Below are positions 28,061-42,300 of a DNA stretch of 64,000 bases, in pieces. Position 1 is the stretch's first letter; each line of letters begins with the position of its first letter. Source of the stretch: Phoronis australis (taxonomy: Eukaryota > Animalia > Phoronida). The notes beneath the pieces are model-generated. The model saw only the letters and a list, made by a program, of their open reading frames with translations, did no database searches and was not told the DNA's origin. Location: positions 196,542 through 260,541 of the forward strand of contig NMRA01000331.1 of assembly GCA_002633005.1 (NCBI GenBank), read 5' to 3'. The translations under genes and the position numbers were made by a program.

Positions 28061-28264
28061 GGCGTGTTATAAAAATGTTCAGGTGTTTGAAGAAGTGTTA
28101 TCAGAACTCCAGCTCTGGAATGCCAACTTTGTTCTCGTGCTGGTGACATTGCGCCGCGCATGTGTGGCATCTGTTTGCATTCGTTTGTTCGGGTGATGGT
28201 TATTGCTATGAAATTTACTGTCAATCACACTTTTCGCAACTCCGCCGTTTTTCAATCGAATTGC

Positions 28265-28600
28265 CATATCATTAGAAATCCCTGCATAAGAGTCATATCA
28301 TTAGAAATCCCTGCATAAGAGTCATATCATTAGAAATCCCTGCATAAGAGTCATATCATTAGAAATCCCTGCATAAGAGTCATATCATTAGAAATCCCTG
28401 CATAAGAGTCATATCATTAGAAACCCCTTCACCATATCATTAGAAATCCCTTCATAAGAGTCATATCATTAGAAATCCCTTCATAAGAGTCATATCATTA
28501 GAAATCCCTGCATAAGAGTCATATCATTAGAAATCCCTGCATAAGAGTCATATCATTAGAAATCCCTTCATAAGAGTCATATCATTAGAAATCCCTTCAC
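28265..28600. repeat. 29-bp minisatellite, ~12 copies
   Basis: Unit CATATCATTAGAAATCCCTGCATAAGAGT, one shortened unit near 28410-28433; no spacers. Confidence 0.95.
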
Positions 28601-29624
28601 CAGTGTGATTACACCAGTTCTTGATGGTGTGTGATTATACCACAAGCGAACGAAAAATAATTTACTTTATACACAATTATCATTTTCCATACCTGACATA
28701 TTTGAAAAATATTTAATTCTATTAACCAAGAGTGTCACCAAAAAGCGAAAAATAACAGGGTGTTACAGTAACAAAAAAGGAAAAGAACCAGAAATATTTC
28801 ATAAATGACTAATTAAACCAGCAGAAGATTTTTTACACCATAAAGACAAATATTTTAAAATATGGATCGGTTGCTGTGGAAGAATTTAGTCAGGTATTCA
28901 TCCAAAATTATACATCTTCATACAATAATTATACATCTTTAATACAACAATTATACATCTTTAAACAATAATTATAATCTTTATACAATAATTGGACCTT
29001 TGGTGCCGCTTGATACAGTTCTTCAGTAAAAATTCAGGACGAAGTGACATTTACAAAAATGTGATAATTTAATTACTCCAACTTAGGTATCTGGAATTTG
29101 CAGACAAAGGTTTTCCCACAGGAAAAGAACAAGCAAACATCTCTTGTGTAGCTTTGAAATGTGCTGTGGACAGAACATTACATAGGTTGCAGTGTAGGAC
29201 TTTCCATTGAAGAAGGTAAAAATTTGTGATCCTGATACATGCGGTGTGTGTTATTCCAAATAAAAGACATTGGAACATATTTTTACGGTTGTTATATCAT
29301 CAAAGAAAGTGAACTCTGGGAAAAACACTATTCATGACAAAGAAACAAATTGAATGTTGTTTTAAACACCTGTTGCATAGTTGTCAACATTCGATAAGGA
29401 AATGAAAAGCAGGATTTCTAGATAAAAAGCGAGACATCTGCGTCCCGATTTTCTTTTTTTAGTCAAACGAGAAAATAGGGCTTTGTCGCGTGGGAAATTA
29501 AAATAGTATATTTGAAAACATTTCAATTTCGCCGTTTGCCATAAAGAATAACCAATGCAATTGTCGGGTTTGTTGACTAATTTTGCCGGGAAATCGCTGG
29601 TTGTCTGAAATGTAGTTCAAAAGC

Positions 29625-30445
29625 CTAGCTTGGTGCATTGAAATGCGCCCACGAATGCATCGCAAAAGGTGTGTTTTTAGGGTTGCTCATTTGTGTCATA
29701 GAAATGGCCACTAGATGACACAAAAACAAACAATCCATCTGAAAACGGGAACATGTCATTGCTTCTTTAATAGAAAGCGATACACCAAATTTCATACAAA
29801 TTTGTTATGGAACTTTAGAGAAACAAAGGAAAACAGAATAAAATGAAATTGCCAATAGGGAGCACAATGTTCATTGGATCCGCCTGAAAGTCGTCATTGT
29901 CTGTTATTAGCTTCACATAAATACACTTAAAAATTTTAATAAAGATCTCGCTGTAGGTTTAGGAGATACAGCTATGAGGGCAAAACAAACAAAACTACCA
30001 CTAGGTGCCGCCAGGGTAGTCAAAGTCGTCATCATCAACCGTACTCTTCACACTGAGCACATAAATGCCAATTTTCATCCTTAGAATGATTTGGTTCATA
30101 GAGAGGTAGACGCCAAAAAAACAGACCCGAAAACAGCAAAAATGGCCACTAGCTGCCGCAAAGTACCTTGATTCCATCCAAAAACGGGAGGATAGCGTCA
30201 TCTCACCAATAGATGCCCGTATTCAACATTTTATGAAAGTCTGTTGAGGACCTTTGAAGATACAGAGGTAAACGTAAAACTAAAATTGCCACCAGGGGGC
30301 ATAGCAGTAGTCAGATCCATCCCAAAATCATCGTCTCACTAATAGATGCCTATATACCAAATTTTATGAAAATACGTTGAGGACCTTTGAAGACATAGAG
30401 GTAAACGAAAAAAACTAAAACTGCCACTGTTGGCGCATAATAAAA
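29625..30445 (-). mobile_element. Helentron/DINE-1-like element (copy B), internally deleted
   Basis: ATGCGCCCACGAATGCATCGCAAA near 29643 and TGGCGCATAA near 30431; subunits align by eye with copy C. Confidence 0.7.
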
Positions 30446-30582
30446 ATGACAAAATGAAAATGAAGCAATGAAATTGGGTTTGATTTGATAACTTACAACA
30501 CTCGATAAAGTCTCGGTCGATCAGACAATCGGAAGTTCAAAGTGCAAACTCTCGCGGCTAGTCTCGGTGTCGAAAGCTCTAA

Positions 30583-30822
30583 CATGGGCGCACCCAGGGA
30601 GGCTCGGGGGGGCTCGGCGAATTGAGCAAAAAGGTCCGCCTCAATGAAACAAAAAGTCCGAGCAAACGACACAAAAGTCCACGGTATTCGGCGCGGAGGC
30701 ACACCTCGTAGGCCTGAACCTAGTGGCCCCGTTTTTTTTAGTTCTCGTTGGTTTTTTTCAGTGAAAGGTCCGCATAACGAAAAATTCGAGCCCTCCTGTA
30801 TTTTAAGCTGAGTGCGCGCATG
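30583..30822. mobile_element. 240-bp hAT-like MITE
   Basis: TIR CATGGGCGCACCCAG / CTGAGTGCGCGCATG, TCTAA directly repeated on both sides. Confidence 0.7.
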
Positions 30823-33041
30823 TCTAATAATAGAACTCATGCCTACGATGTAAGGTAACAAAGGGAAAGTTGCCGCCAACAGTTAATACACTATGATGAA
30901 CCAATTGAAGAAAATATTATTTCTAAAATGTGTCTACTTTTTTCCGCCATAATCTTAAATATCAAATTAAAAAGAGTAATTAATTAAGTTGCCAAAAAAG
31001 TTGTAACTACCCCGACAAAGCCGCAGGTCCCCTAACGGCGTCCAGCGAAGCAGGTTTGCAATGTAACGTTTCTTTGAACGCGTGCAAATACCTTCGTGGT
31101 CGTCTAATATGAGAACGAGTTTGATTACAGTAACATAATCAGCTTTGTTTAGTTGTAATAATGCCACGTTTTCGCTTAATTACCACCACGATTTGCACCC
31201 GTTATCGACTTCTGTCTCAATAGTTGCTTAGACTGGCCGATCGATTGCCCAACTACACGTAGATACACTCATATACATGCACTCAACTCGCCTGTGAGCC
31301 TCCGTCTAACACGATCAACAACATGCGATGTACGCTTGACGACGAGGGATAAAATCTGAAAATAAACTGTTAGAAACTGGACTTGCATTAGACTTGACTA
31401 AAGTTCTGCAAATGTTGTTTAAATTCATTCATCAAAGCACATGGTCGGTGCCTCTCAGCACAATAACGGAACTACAAAAATAACCCAATATAGGTACGCT
31501 TACCTTGTATTACATTTGTATTTCTAAATAAGTGACGCTGCCTAGTAGATAATTGGAGAACCACGTGAGATAAAGTAGTTTCTTTAGATTAAAATCAAGC
31601 CAGAATTCAATGAAACACAGTTCTGTGAAGCTTCAAAGTACTGAAGACGTTAATTCTTGGAAAAACAAACGAAATAATTCATGTTTTTTCATTTGGTAAT
31701 GCGCCACGATACATTCTTAAGATGCTATAAACCTTAAATGCATCTTACAATCAGGCTCTCTAGTTAATGCATTACCTTAAAGACAAGTTCGACATCAAAG
31801 AGACTTGTGATTCTCTTAAGCATCCTTTACATATTTGTGGGGCAAAAAGTTAAGTGGAGCCGAGACTTTAGTTTTTCTGATATACGGTGTTATTGTCGTT
31901 TTAGTGTAAATTTATCACGGAATTGATGTGCTCTGCGAGTTATTTTCATCACATTGTTCCTAAAGTAGCAATAACCATGACTGCTTTTCATTGATTTGTT
32001 TGTTTTTTATTCTGTCATGCGACTGTTTCTCATGCAAATTTAAGTTATCACTTGCTTTTTGACAGGATAATCATTTTCCTTTGTCTTGGACAATCTTTAA
32101 AGATCATAAAAGTTTTCTTTAAAATGCTTTGTTCAACTTCAAATGATTTTCCACAACTCAACGAAACGCTCGTAATTTGAATTCGCTTGTCCGAAAACAC
32201 TGTCGAACGATAATAAAGGACAAGAGCATCCTCTCAACCAGAATGACTTCTATTTTTAGTCTGCAGAGTACGTTTCCTGACAAAAATATATTTATGTCTG
32301 TGACCAACGCACTGGTTCTTTATTTGAATCCTACCAGCTAAGAAATGATATTGGCGTATAGCGCTTCCTGTGAATACTAAACACTCCTTTGTGCAAAACT
32401 TTATTCCAAGTACTCGGTTACAGTTTTAATTGCTCTCTATCAAAATCTCAACTTTCATCGTAACGTATTTCTAACGACGATGACTTCTGTTTTCACGAAC
32501 GTATACATATTCTGTTTTCACGAACCTACACATAAGAACAGTCCAATATAACCGCAAACCGATGGTCGTTTTCAATTACGTCCTTAACAAACTAGGACCA
32601 CAAAAAGGAAAGAACTACTTCCTGTACATCAATCGCATTGGCCTTGAAAACGACTCTCTCTTTAGGACGCGTACCTTCACGTCTTCATATAAGCTTTATT
32701 ATGTTAAATACTTCCCTTCAATTTGCAATAATTAAGTAGCACTCGATACGAACACGTTATTAATTCCTGAATAAGCTTTGTTCTCATCTCCCCAGGCTGC
32801 ATAATATACGAGTTAAGATTTTGCCCGCTAACGTCAAGAGTGTTATTCTTCGATTGTTAGCGCCGCTATACTTACTATCAACCTCAAAAATAGAAAAGGT
32901 CGTGGAAACGGTATTCACCCGAAATAAATCGTCCACGAAATAAGGGAAGTTGATGCATACCCGAACCCTTCAGCACGACATTCCTTCACCGTCTGAAGGT
33001 CTAACCACCTCCACATGAGCCATGGCCGCTTCCCCCTCACT

Positions 33042-33295
33042 AAGGCGGCGGATTTAGGGGGGGCAAGGAGGCCATGGCCCCCCTAAAATTCTCCCAGATA
33101 CCATTTGACAGTTAGGGGCGCGAATTGCTGACTAGCATATGCGCGCATCCAGGGGGCCTCGGGGGACGAATGCAAATGCATAGGCCTTGAACAAACCCCG
33201 TTTACCTTTTTTTAGTAATGAGGTCGCATGTGGCGAAATTCTGGTTATTCCTGTGCCCTGGACCCCCCTAACTCAAAATCCTGGATCCGCCCCTG
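33042..33295. mobile_element. GC-rich hAT-like MITE
   Basis: Ends AAGGCGGCGGATTTAGG / CCTGGATCCGCCCCTG; imperfect 8-bp flanks CCCTCACT / CACCCACT. Confidence 0.55.
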
Positions 33296-33713
33296 CACCC
33301 ACTGTTAGAATTTGCTATTTATTTCTGTCTCTAGATCTATTTTTTCCAGATAGTCATGTAGATGATCAAAATGGCCATTTCTTTTATTATTCTACCTTTC
33401 TCTTCCGGTAAAAATGCTAATATTTTGTTTGTAATTTACTGTACTTGTTTTCATTAAAGTTTAATATTCGACAACATCTGCATTTACGAAGTTGTCTCAA
33501 GTGTATGCGTTGTTTTACGGTAGCAACTGAGCCTCCTGAAGACCAGTGCTTTTAGAAGTCATACACCTGGTCTTAGCTAAGACGGTCCTAACTTCAACTC
33601 TTGCTGGCACACCTTTCATGAAGTGGTATATATGAAGACGTTATGAAGAACGGTTACGTTTACGCCAGTTGCAGTTTTGCCCTCGCTTTACCAATAACGT
33701 GTCTGCTACCGTC

Positions 33714-34040
33714 TTAAAGGGACACTATCGCATTTTTGAGATTGTTGTCGGAAGCGATAGTCTTCTTGAAGTGATTAGCTTTGACCGAAACTACAAAATG
33801 ACAAAATTCATTGTGTTTCGTGGTTGAAATCAAAGTCGGTGACTTTACCTCTTTAAAGAGATATTGAACGCGAAAGCTCGTCAAAAATATCTTTCAAACA
33901 ACTCCTTACGAAAGTGCCGTCTCTCAACGTCTTCTACAGAGTTTTTCGCTTTACCCTGTGAGGGAATTTCAAGAAAAAATCACAAAATTCACGATTTTTG
34001 AAATAAGCGCGATGCAAAAACTCTGTACTCACCACAGAGT
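33714..34040. mobile_element. Kolobok-like terminal fragment / dispersed repeat
   Basis: TTAA-AGGGACAC end; block TCTTGAAGTGATTAGCTTTGACC shared with 1178-1200 and 13524-13546; 33865-34025 aligns with 27288-27435. Confidence 0.5.
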
Positions 34041-34657
34041 TCAAAATCTACCTTCCACTTATGACAAATGCGCGCGTACGCTCACACACAAACAGCTCAC
34101 TGACGAGATGGATATTTTAAACGGCATATTATCATGTGTGGTCGCACTTCAAATCTGAGGTCGACAGCACAGTACGAGGCAAGATAATGATACAAGCGAC
34201 ATCCCATAAAAATTCTACGTGCATTTTATATTACATTTGAATACTACGATACCTTTATAACTAATTTCAAACACTTAGGACTTACATCAATTCCCTCTTA
34301 ATCGAGTTGGCTGTTAATTGAATTCACCATCGTTTTATTAACATCGAAGGTCAAAGGTCACATTTTCCATATAAGGAAAATATGCTACGCCAATATCTTG
34401 TCATACCAAATAAGGCGAAGTGCTTTTCATTGCGGGAAGAAATCGACTAAGTGACGAACAGTTGACTGATCGTTTTTTTTTGAACATCGAGACTAAAAGA
34501 AAAATGCTTTGATATCAAGAGAAATTCAAAATGTTTACGAATGAACCGTAAAAATATCTGTTGAACAGTTTGAACTCTGTTTCAGTGGCAGAGAACCACT
34601 TTGAATTGTCAAATTGGTCTGTTTTTCGCGTTACATGCCTCTTTGAAATACCGTGAC

Positions 34658-34765
34658 ATCTAGCGATCGAGTGTGGTTTAGCTCCACTATCAAAGCATTA
34701 AACTGCGAGCGCGAGCATTGCAGGTTCGATTCCGTGCTGAGACTGATCTCAGAAAATCATTTTTC
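34658..34765 (+). mobile_element. Possible tRNA-derived SINE head
   Basis: B-box GGTTCGATTCC near 34722 with weak upstream A-box; no cloverleaf. Confidence 0.3.
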
Positions 34766-35434
34766 TGATCGATAATATCTCTTTAATTACGACCAGTCAT
34801 ACGACCTTTAATAAAACAGAGCCTGGTCCCCTGTCCACGAAAAATGACCAAACGCTTAATTATGTTTTAAGCTCTAACTTTGCTATTTTTTCCAATGTAA
34901 TTGTGAGAGAATCGCATATTAGCAATAAGCTGTACAAATTATTTGAGTAATTACCAATTAAGGGTATATTTTCAAACACTTTGCACTTTGCGGTAGTGAG
35001 ACTGAGTTGTGAGTAGTGAAAGTCTAGTATAATAATAGTAATAATAATAATGAAAATTATAATGATAATGATAATAATTATCTAATTACATTTATGTCTT
35101 TTTTCAACAATGTACATTCATGTTAAAACAGAATCGGTGTACTGCCAGACACGAGACTAAACATTATTCAAAAAATACAATAATTACAATTACTATGGAT
35201 TCACTTTCATTACCCTTTTCCTCTAAGAAGCAGGTCCAAGCAACCAATCGCAAATCCTTTTCATTGTCAATATGATAGACATCAAAGAGAACAAAATTTC
35301 CTCATCATTAAAAGAAAGTTGGCGTCCAGTTCCTTAATCAAATCTGATCTAAGGTTAAGGTAAATGGGCATTGTATCAAAACAACTTTTGTCGTCGATAA
35401 CCCAACACTGGCATTGGTTACACATTCTATTCTC

Positions 35435-35578
35435 GTACCTCACACTGCAATACCTACCTAGCTCAACATGAATGGGGACAGTACCTCACACCGCAATACC
35501 TACCTAGGTCAACATGAATGGGGACAGTACCTCACACCGCAATACCTACCTAGCTCAACATGAATGGGGACAGTACCT
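35435..35578. repeat. 46-bp minisatellite, 3 copies
   Basis: Unit GTACCTCACACCGCAATACCTACCTAGCTCAACATGAATGGGGACA. Confidence 0.9.
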
Positions 35579-35958
35579 GACCTGAAAGCTGCCACAACCT
35601 GTGCCTCCCTTCGACCCAGAATAGACTTATAATTTCTGTACATTCTAAGTTTGTTTCCTGGCCTTGATCTATGACCCTGCTAATATCTAACCACGCTCAA
35701 CCACTGCAAATGCTCATTGTCAAAAACTGCTATCATCTGATTACCCTGCACTGACTCCAGTTTGCTGGTGTTCTTATATTAAATAAACCGCTCATCATTT
35801 GCATGGCACCAGTTTCAAAATTCAATGACAATTTATAGTTCCACTCAACAATGTCCCTTGGCAATCTGAATTTTGAGCAATCTAATTTAAGCTTCTTGAG
35901 GCATGCACTTATTTAATGTTTTTCTCCAACAAAAATGGCCAGAAATGTAAGTAAAGAT

Positions 35959-37599
35959 ACAAGAGCAACGCGGAGCGTTGGAATGCGCCCACAATGCATC
36001 GCAAACCGTGTGCTTCTAGTTATTTATTTGTATCGTAAAAATTGCCACTAGATGGCGCAAAACGTCTAATACATCTGAAAACGGAACACGCCATCGCTTC
36101 TATTTGCCAAATTTCATAAAAATTTGTCAAGGAACTTCAGAGAAACAAAGGAAAACGGAAAAAATGAAATGAAATTGCCGCCTGAAAGCTGTCGCCGTCT
36201 ATTGCTAGCTTCATATAAATACACTTACTAATTTTAATAAAGATCCTGCAGTGGGTTAAGGAAATACAGCTATGGGCGCAAAACAAAATAACCACTAGGA
36301 TGCACCACAGTATTCGAAGGCGTCATCGTCAACCGTCCTCACAAACTGAGAACAATAGGCGCCAATTTTCAAAATCATCCTTAGAATGGTTTTGGTTGAT
36401 AGAGAGGTAGATGCCAAAAAACAGACTCGAAAACGGCCACTTGGTGGCACAAAATACCTCGAATCCGTACGAAAACGGCAGGATAGGGTCACCTCACCAA
36501 TAGATGCCTATATTCTAAATTTTATGAAGCTCCATTGCCGAGGACCTTTGAATATACAGAGGTAAATGAAAAAAACTAAAATTGACACTAGGGGGCACAC
36601 TGGAAGTCGGATTCATGCGAAAGTCGTCGTCGACTGTTGTCAACATCACGTAAATAAACTTGCAAACGGTTCAAGGAGATACAGCCATGGGCTCGAAAAA
36701 GCAAAACTGCCACTAGAAGGTACCATAGTAGTCGAGTCGTCTGAAAACCATCGTCAACCATCCCCTTCATAGTAAGAAAATATATGCTAATTTTCACAAT
36801 CATCCTTACAATGGTTTGGTTGATAGAGGGGTGGACTCGAAAACAGTAAAAATGGCCACTAGGTGGCGCAAAATACCTCGAATCCATCCTAAAACGGAAG
36901 GATAGCGTCATCTCACTAATAGATGCTCATCTGCCAAGTTTTGTGAAAACCTGATACAGAGTTAAACGTAAAAAACTAAAATTGCCACTAGGGGGTGCAA
37001 CCGTAGGTAGTCTGATCCATGGGAAAGTCGTCGTTTGTTGTCAACATCATATAAATATACTTGCTACATTTAGTAAAATATTCGGCAAACTGTTTAGCAG
37101 ATACAGCTATGGGCCCAAAAAAACAAAACTGCCACTAGGAGGCGCCACAGTAGTCGAAGTTGTCAGAAAATCGTCGGCCGCCCTCTTCACAGTACGAACA
37201 TATATGCTAATTTTCAAAATCATACCCAGAGCGGTTTGGTTGATAGAAGGGCGGACGCCAAAAAACAGACTCGAAAACAGTAAAAATGGTCACTAAGTGG
37301 AGCAAAGTACCTCGAATCCGTCCGAAAACGTAAGGATGGCATCATCTCACTAATAGATGTCTAACTGCCAAATTTTATGAAAATCCGTTGAGGACCTCCA
37401 AAGATGCATAGGTAAGCGTAACAAACTAAAATTGTTACTAGGGGGCACACCGGTAGTCAGAGAGGTCCAAAATTCATTGACATCCGTCGTCAGCTTGATA
37501 GAAACACAAATGCCAAATTTCAACAACATCGTGTGAGTGGCTTAGGAAATACAGTTGCGGACGCCGGACGACAGACGCTCGGACGCCCAGACATAAAAA
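35959..37599 (-). mobile_element. Helentron/DINE-1-like element (copy C), near full length
   Basis: ACAAG end, hairpin CAACGC-gga-GCGTTG (35966-35980), subterminal repeat ATGCGCCCAC (35983-35992; complement of the GTGGGCGCAT end in copies A and D), about 10 subunits, GGACGCC tract, CATAAAAA end. Confidence 0.75.
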
Positions 37600-38593
37600 T
37601 ATTGAATAAACTTGCGGGCCAGTAACCTTTTTCGGGCTTGAAAAACCTTGTCTTATGAGTCTTGGTGATCATTGTTCTCCAAGCTGGAACGAACTCTCAT
37701 TTCGGCAATATAATTATATATATAACAACCTTGGAATCCGGGTAACATGGCAACAGTGGTACAACGTATTAAATTATAATACTTTTTATTTTATCATGTA
37801 AATTCATATTAGGATGTCAAAGTTTGATCTTAATTATTCACCTGGTAGATTCAAAACGATTACGATACAAAGGGACAGTTTCGCGTGCACAAGTTTAGAA
37901 AAAACATTTTTTGCAATGCTCATACCTAACGTGATTATATTTTACATAAGCAAAAAATTCAACATCCTATGACAACCATTTTTTAAACAACAAAGTTTTC
38001 AGAGTACGTTTACTTTCCCAGAAAGTACTTAACCAGTAATTGTTTAGTATGACTTGATGCTTGAATGATATCGACCAGCTTGAACAATGAAGACGAGCTT
38101 TCCAGCTTGAAAAAGACCACTGAGTAAGGATTATACAAACAGGTCGAATTTAGTGTCGTATGTTAATGAGCCATCACCAAAACCGAATTACACTAAAACA
38201 TCGCCTTATGACCGATTCATCCATGTTTCCTGTCAGAGTGCATTGGGCGCTGTCTTAGTACCATGACAAATCTCTGAGCTATGTGGTATACTGCACTAAC
38301 ATAACTGAAATCCAAAAGTCCCTATATAGGACAGGCATAATCCAAAAACAGTTGAACCAAAGCATCGAACAGTGTAGTGAATACCTTGCATAGTAAACCA
38401 CCTCAAAGTTTATTATTATCAATTCGTAGGCCTAGAGCCCTGTTAGCTTACTGAGCAAAAGCCTGAGACATAATATTCCAAAAACCCATATGCGAAGATA
38501 CCCNCCCCCCCCCCCCGTCCTACACTGATCTTTCTCATCAATTGACAAGTTACTACGTCTGAATACACTATGTGTACGAGGAATACTTAGTTT

Positions 38594-38740
38594 CATGGGC
38601 GGCGCCACTGAAAAAAGTGGGAGGTTATACCCCTCCAGCCCCCCCCCCGTGGTGCACCGCCCATAGACCATGTTCGGCGCAGCACTGAAAAAAGTGGAGC
38701 TATAGCCCCCTGCCCAGTCCCCTATGGTGCGATGCCCCTG
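38594..38740. mobile_element. Two adjacent tiny MITE-like units; same family begins at 44770 before the second gap
   Basis: CATGGGCGGCGCCAC...GTGGTGCACCGCCCATA and a second diverged unit sharing CACTGAAAAAAGTGG; CATGGGCGGCGCACCATAGGGGGCTGG at 44770. Confidence 0.5.
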
Positions 38741-38814
38741 AGTTTATTATTCTGAAATGCACAATATTTATTTTCTCAATATCCACATTAAGTCTCATCT
38801 TCAATTCATTCACA

Positions 38815-39372
38815 TCATTGACTATCAGCATACATAAGGGTATGAATTCTATTGTTATTTACTGTAACAACACATTGCGACCACTTAATATCGTCTACCA
38901 AGTCATTGACAAAACTATAAAACAAGATTGGAGACAAAATACAGCCCTGTGTGACTCCTCTAGTATCAAATTTAGGAGTTATGTGCGGAGTACAATCTTG
39001 AAATCTTACACAGCCAGATACATTGTCATGTAAAGATTTCAATGCATACAACATACTTCTTCCGACCCCCACGTTGCTCAGCTTAAACCACAAACTTTCC
39101 CTGTCTTCTTTAGGCCAAAAACATAAACAAGGACTACCTTGTTTGTATTTATTTCAATTATGGAAGTCGGATAACGAATATAATACAGACAATTTCGAGA
39201 CTGTCTGAATTATTTTGCACTTCTCAGATCATTTTTTCTCTTTCAGTCAAGAGCCTTCACCTGTCAAAATGTAACTGTAAACTTAACAAACAAAACTTAT
39301 TGGGCTTTCTTATTTACTTTCTTCCCCTGTCGTAATAGGATTGATCATTCCTAACATCCAGTCTTTGGGCTC
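38815..39372 (-). mobile_element. LINE reverse-transcriptase fragment (CR1/L2/RTE-like)
   Basis: WFKLSNVGV...GVTQGCILSPILF...LMYAD in ORF 38815-39093; PKDWMLGMINPI-like motif near 39370. Confidence 0.75.
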
Positions 39373-42300
39373 AACCTCCAAATTAATTGATGTGGGGCCC
39401 TAGAAACATGACGAAATAGGGCTAGCAAAATTCAGATGGAGGACTGAAACATTTGTTCTTATGATTATTTTGCTTCAAACATCACTTTTGGAGATTCAAA
39501 AAAAGACAAGAAATTTCGTATCTTCAAGTCATGAACTTTTGCTGTCCTCTCACGGTGTACAAGCCAGATTTTTTTCGTTTTTCCACAATTTACTTTTTAA
39601 ACGACTGCAAAATTATTTGAACACTACAGTACGATAGAATAGGTTTTTCATTGTTCATGACGATGCTGAACACACAATAAGAACATTTGTTGCCGCTTTT
39701 TCCGCATCATGTTTGGTTATTAAGATTGTGTAGGACTCTAGAAAAATGTCAAAATCTTGCGCAGCAAATTAAGTAAGTGGTGAAATATATTCTTCAATGT
39801 TAACGGAAGTCATGTCAAAAATATATGTAAGCTCTTTTACTAGGAGACGTTCGAACTCGTCCCCTAGTACGTGATATTACATATATTTTTAACAACTGAC
39901 CCACATTTTTTTGGTGCCGCGGAATGTTGGACATCGGGCCCGACTGCTCCCACCGCGGTGGGTTCGTGACTTGTCGAGTGACAGTGACTCTCGCTACTTC
40001 GGACAGGAGTCCTTAAAGGTTAACGTTAATGATCCTTCTGCACGTTCACTTATGGAAACCTTTTTACGATTTTTACTTCCTTTAGACGATCAAGTTTGAG
40101 CAGCTTCTCTGAATTAAGTAAATAAGTAAGTGCTCAACACTAAAGTCATCCTTGAGTTAGACGGCCGTGACATCAAAAGCCTCTGTCACAAACAAGTTCT
40201 AATGTTCTTGTGAATCTACGCATGCGAGAACGAGAAATTACGAGAAGGGTAGTCCACTGAAACAATGTTGATCAATCTTCATGAAGTCAAGACATCTCCA
40301 AACTACAGATCTCAAATTCTGATAAAGAACATAGCGACCTTGGTAAAGGGAAAAGCGTGATCAATTCATTCACAACATCAGCGTTATATAATAATGCAAT
40401 CTCAATAAAACAGGGATTACAAATCGACCATAGGGCTTTTGTGTTCTCATAAGTGTGACCTTTCGTTTGGCTGAGGAAAATCAGCGATGCTCGTTTAGCG
40501 AATTGGCAGCTGAATTTCGAAGCCATAAGATTTTGCATGTAGATCTGAAAATGCACCGAGAGGAAAATATAAATAGGAATCGTACTCCATTTCGTAAGTT
40601 TTGGACATTGATTTCTGGAAATGATTTGTAGTAACCGATATCAAAGAATAAATAAATCATGGCGTTGATGTAGCATAAGTCTTCTAGTTGGTCACATCTT
40701 AATGCTAGTCCGTTTTGCTTAGCTGTTTTCTCAAGGATAAATCGTTGCATCTGTCCGGAATAACTTGCGTCATGCCCTACATTGTTCCCTGCTTTTCAGA
40801 ATCATTTAGGTGAAAACTCTATTAAGATCATGTAGGAACCTAGAAAAATGACAAAAAAATGACTAAACTCGGGGCATCATATCTCAGAAATGATTGGTTG
40901 GATTCATATGAAATTTTCAGATATTACAACTTATGCACTGTTTCCTAAATATCTCTTACGAATTTTTTTAAATGTTCAACTTTTGAATAAGGGGGAATCA
41001 AAAATAGGACTAGAACTTTCGTATAAAGAAAACCCAGGTGTTGCAGAAAACTGTGAGGGTTTTTGAGATCTCATCTTGAACATTTATATCAAACGAAATT
41101 GGTCACGTTATGGATACTGTTGTTTTGATATCAATGTGCCTTTCCTTTTCGTTAAATGTTACTAAAAAGACATGGTCACGTGACCTGCTTAATGGCAGAT
41201 TGGGAAAAAGTCAAAAGCCAAATTCTAAAAGCTTTCTACTTTCAGAAATTTATACTTTTTATGAATTGAAATCTATAGTTGTTGTACATAACTGGCTAAA
41301 TACAGACTTGTCGGTTAGTTCCTACACATAATTTAACTCGCTACTCTGTGACCTCTTAATTATAAACGATGTCCATCTGTTACGTATTATGATAAAAACG
41401 ATGTTTTTATCTCCGAACAGACCACACAAAGCATTGGCAGTGGGAAAAGGCCAACAACTTTGAAATGATCGACCAAATTTCCAAGATTGGGATTCTTTGT
41501 ATGAATCACAGTTGACATATAAAATCGTCTTGATGATGTCAGTTGCAGCATTATTAAAGACAATTTCGAGACTAATTTGGCGGCTGAGTTGATCAGCTTG
41601 TTTGACGATTTTCTTTTTTTAACTGTAAGCAGGGAGGAAATGTCCCTTTAAGTCAATTTTAACGCAAACAAGTTCAGTGAACACAGTTTCTCAAATGCTC
41701 TTAAATATGAAAAGTTTCCTATAAAATTAACAGGATTTAACACAGAGTGTTAAGATTAATATTTCAATTTTAGGTGGTGTTCCACGATGTGGCCATTGAA
41801 GGGCGCTGACCCTTACTTGGAAAAATGACTGGTAAAAACCATTAATACATATTTTGCACAGGACTGTTCCTATGCTTTGTGATATTTTTTGACGTTTTGT
41901 AAAGGGGTAACAAGGAAAAGGTATTTTAAAAGCATGTTGAGACATTTGAGTTTTTCCTTTAAGTTAGTAAAATGCACTAGATTGACAACTTGTGATGAGT
42001 TTGGGTGACAGTGACAAACTAACCTTCGTGTAGAAATCAAGCAAGTCCTGTGTTCATGTTGTTTAGAATTCGTCTTCGTGGGCATAAAAACAACCCAACA
42101 CGTATGACACCAGACTGTGCTAAGTAGTTTATGGTCAGTGTATATTTAAGTCATGGCTTACTTAGGAACTTTTTATTTCACAAGCTTCTAGTTTCAGAAT
42201 CTGAAGTCGGCATCGGAAAACTTGTGGGGACCATTCCGAAAATTGTTGACCACTGGCACATCGTAGGATCTATTAGGGATATTTGAGTCTGGAATAGAGG

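Noticed and set aside
28265-28600. 29-bp repeats as a CRISPR array (likewise 4100-4302, 58662-58948)
   Set aside because: Head-to-tail units with no unique spacers, no cas genes, eukaryotic context.
34658-34765. tRNA gene
   Set aside because: Only a B-box; no acceptor or anticodon stems. At most a SINE head.
35250-35430. LINE 3'-end relics here and at 45840-46130
   Set aside because: Faint resemblance only; too decayed to call.
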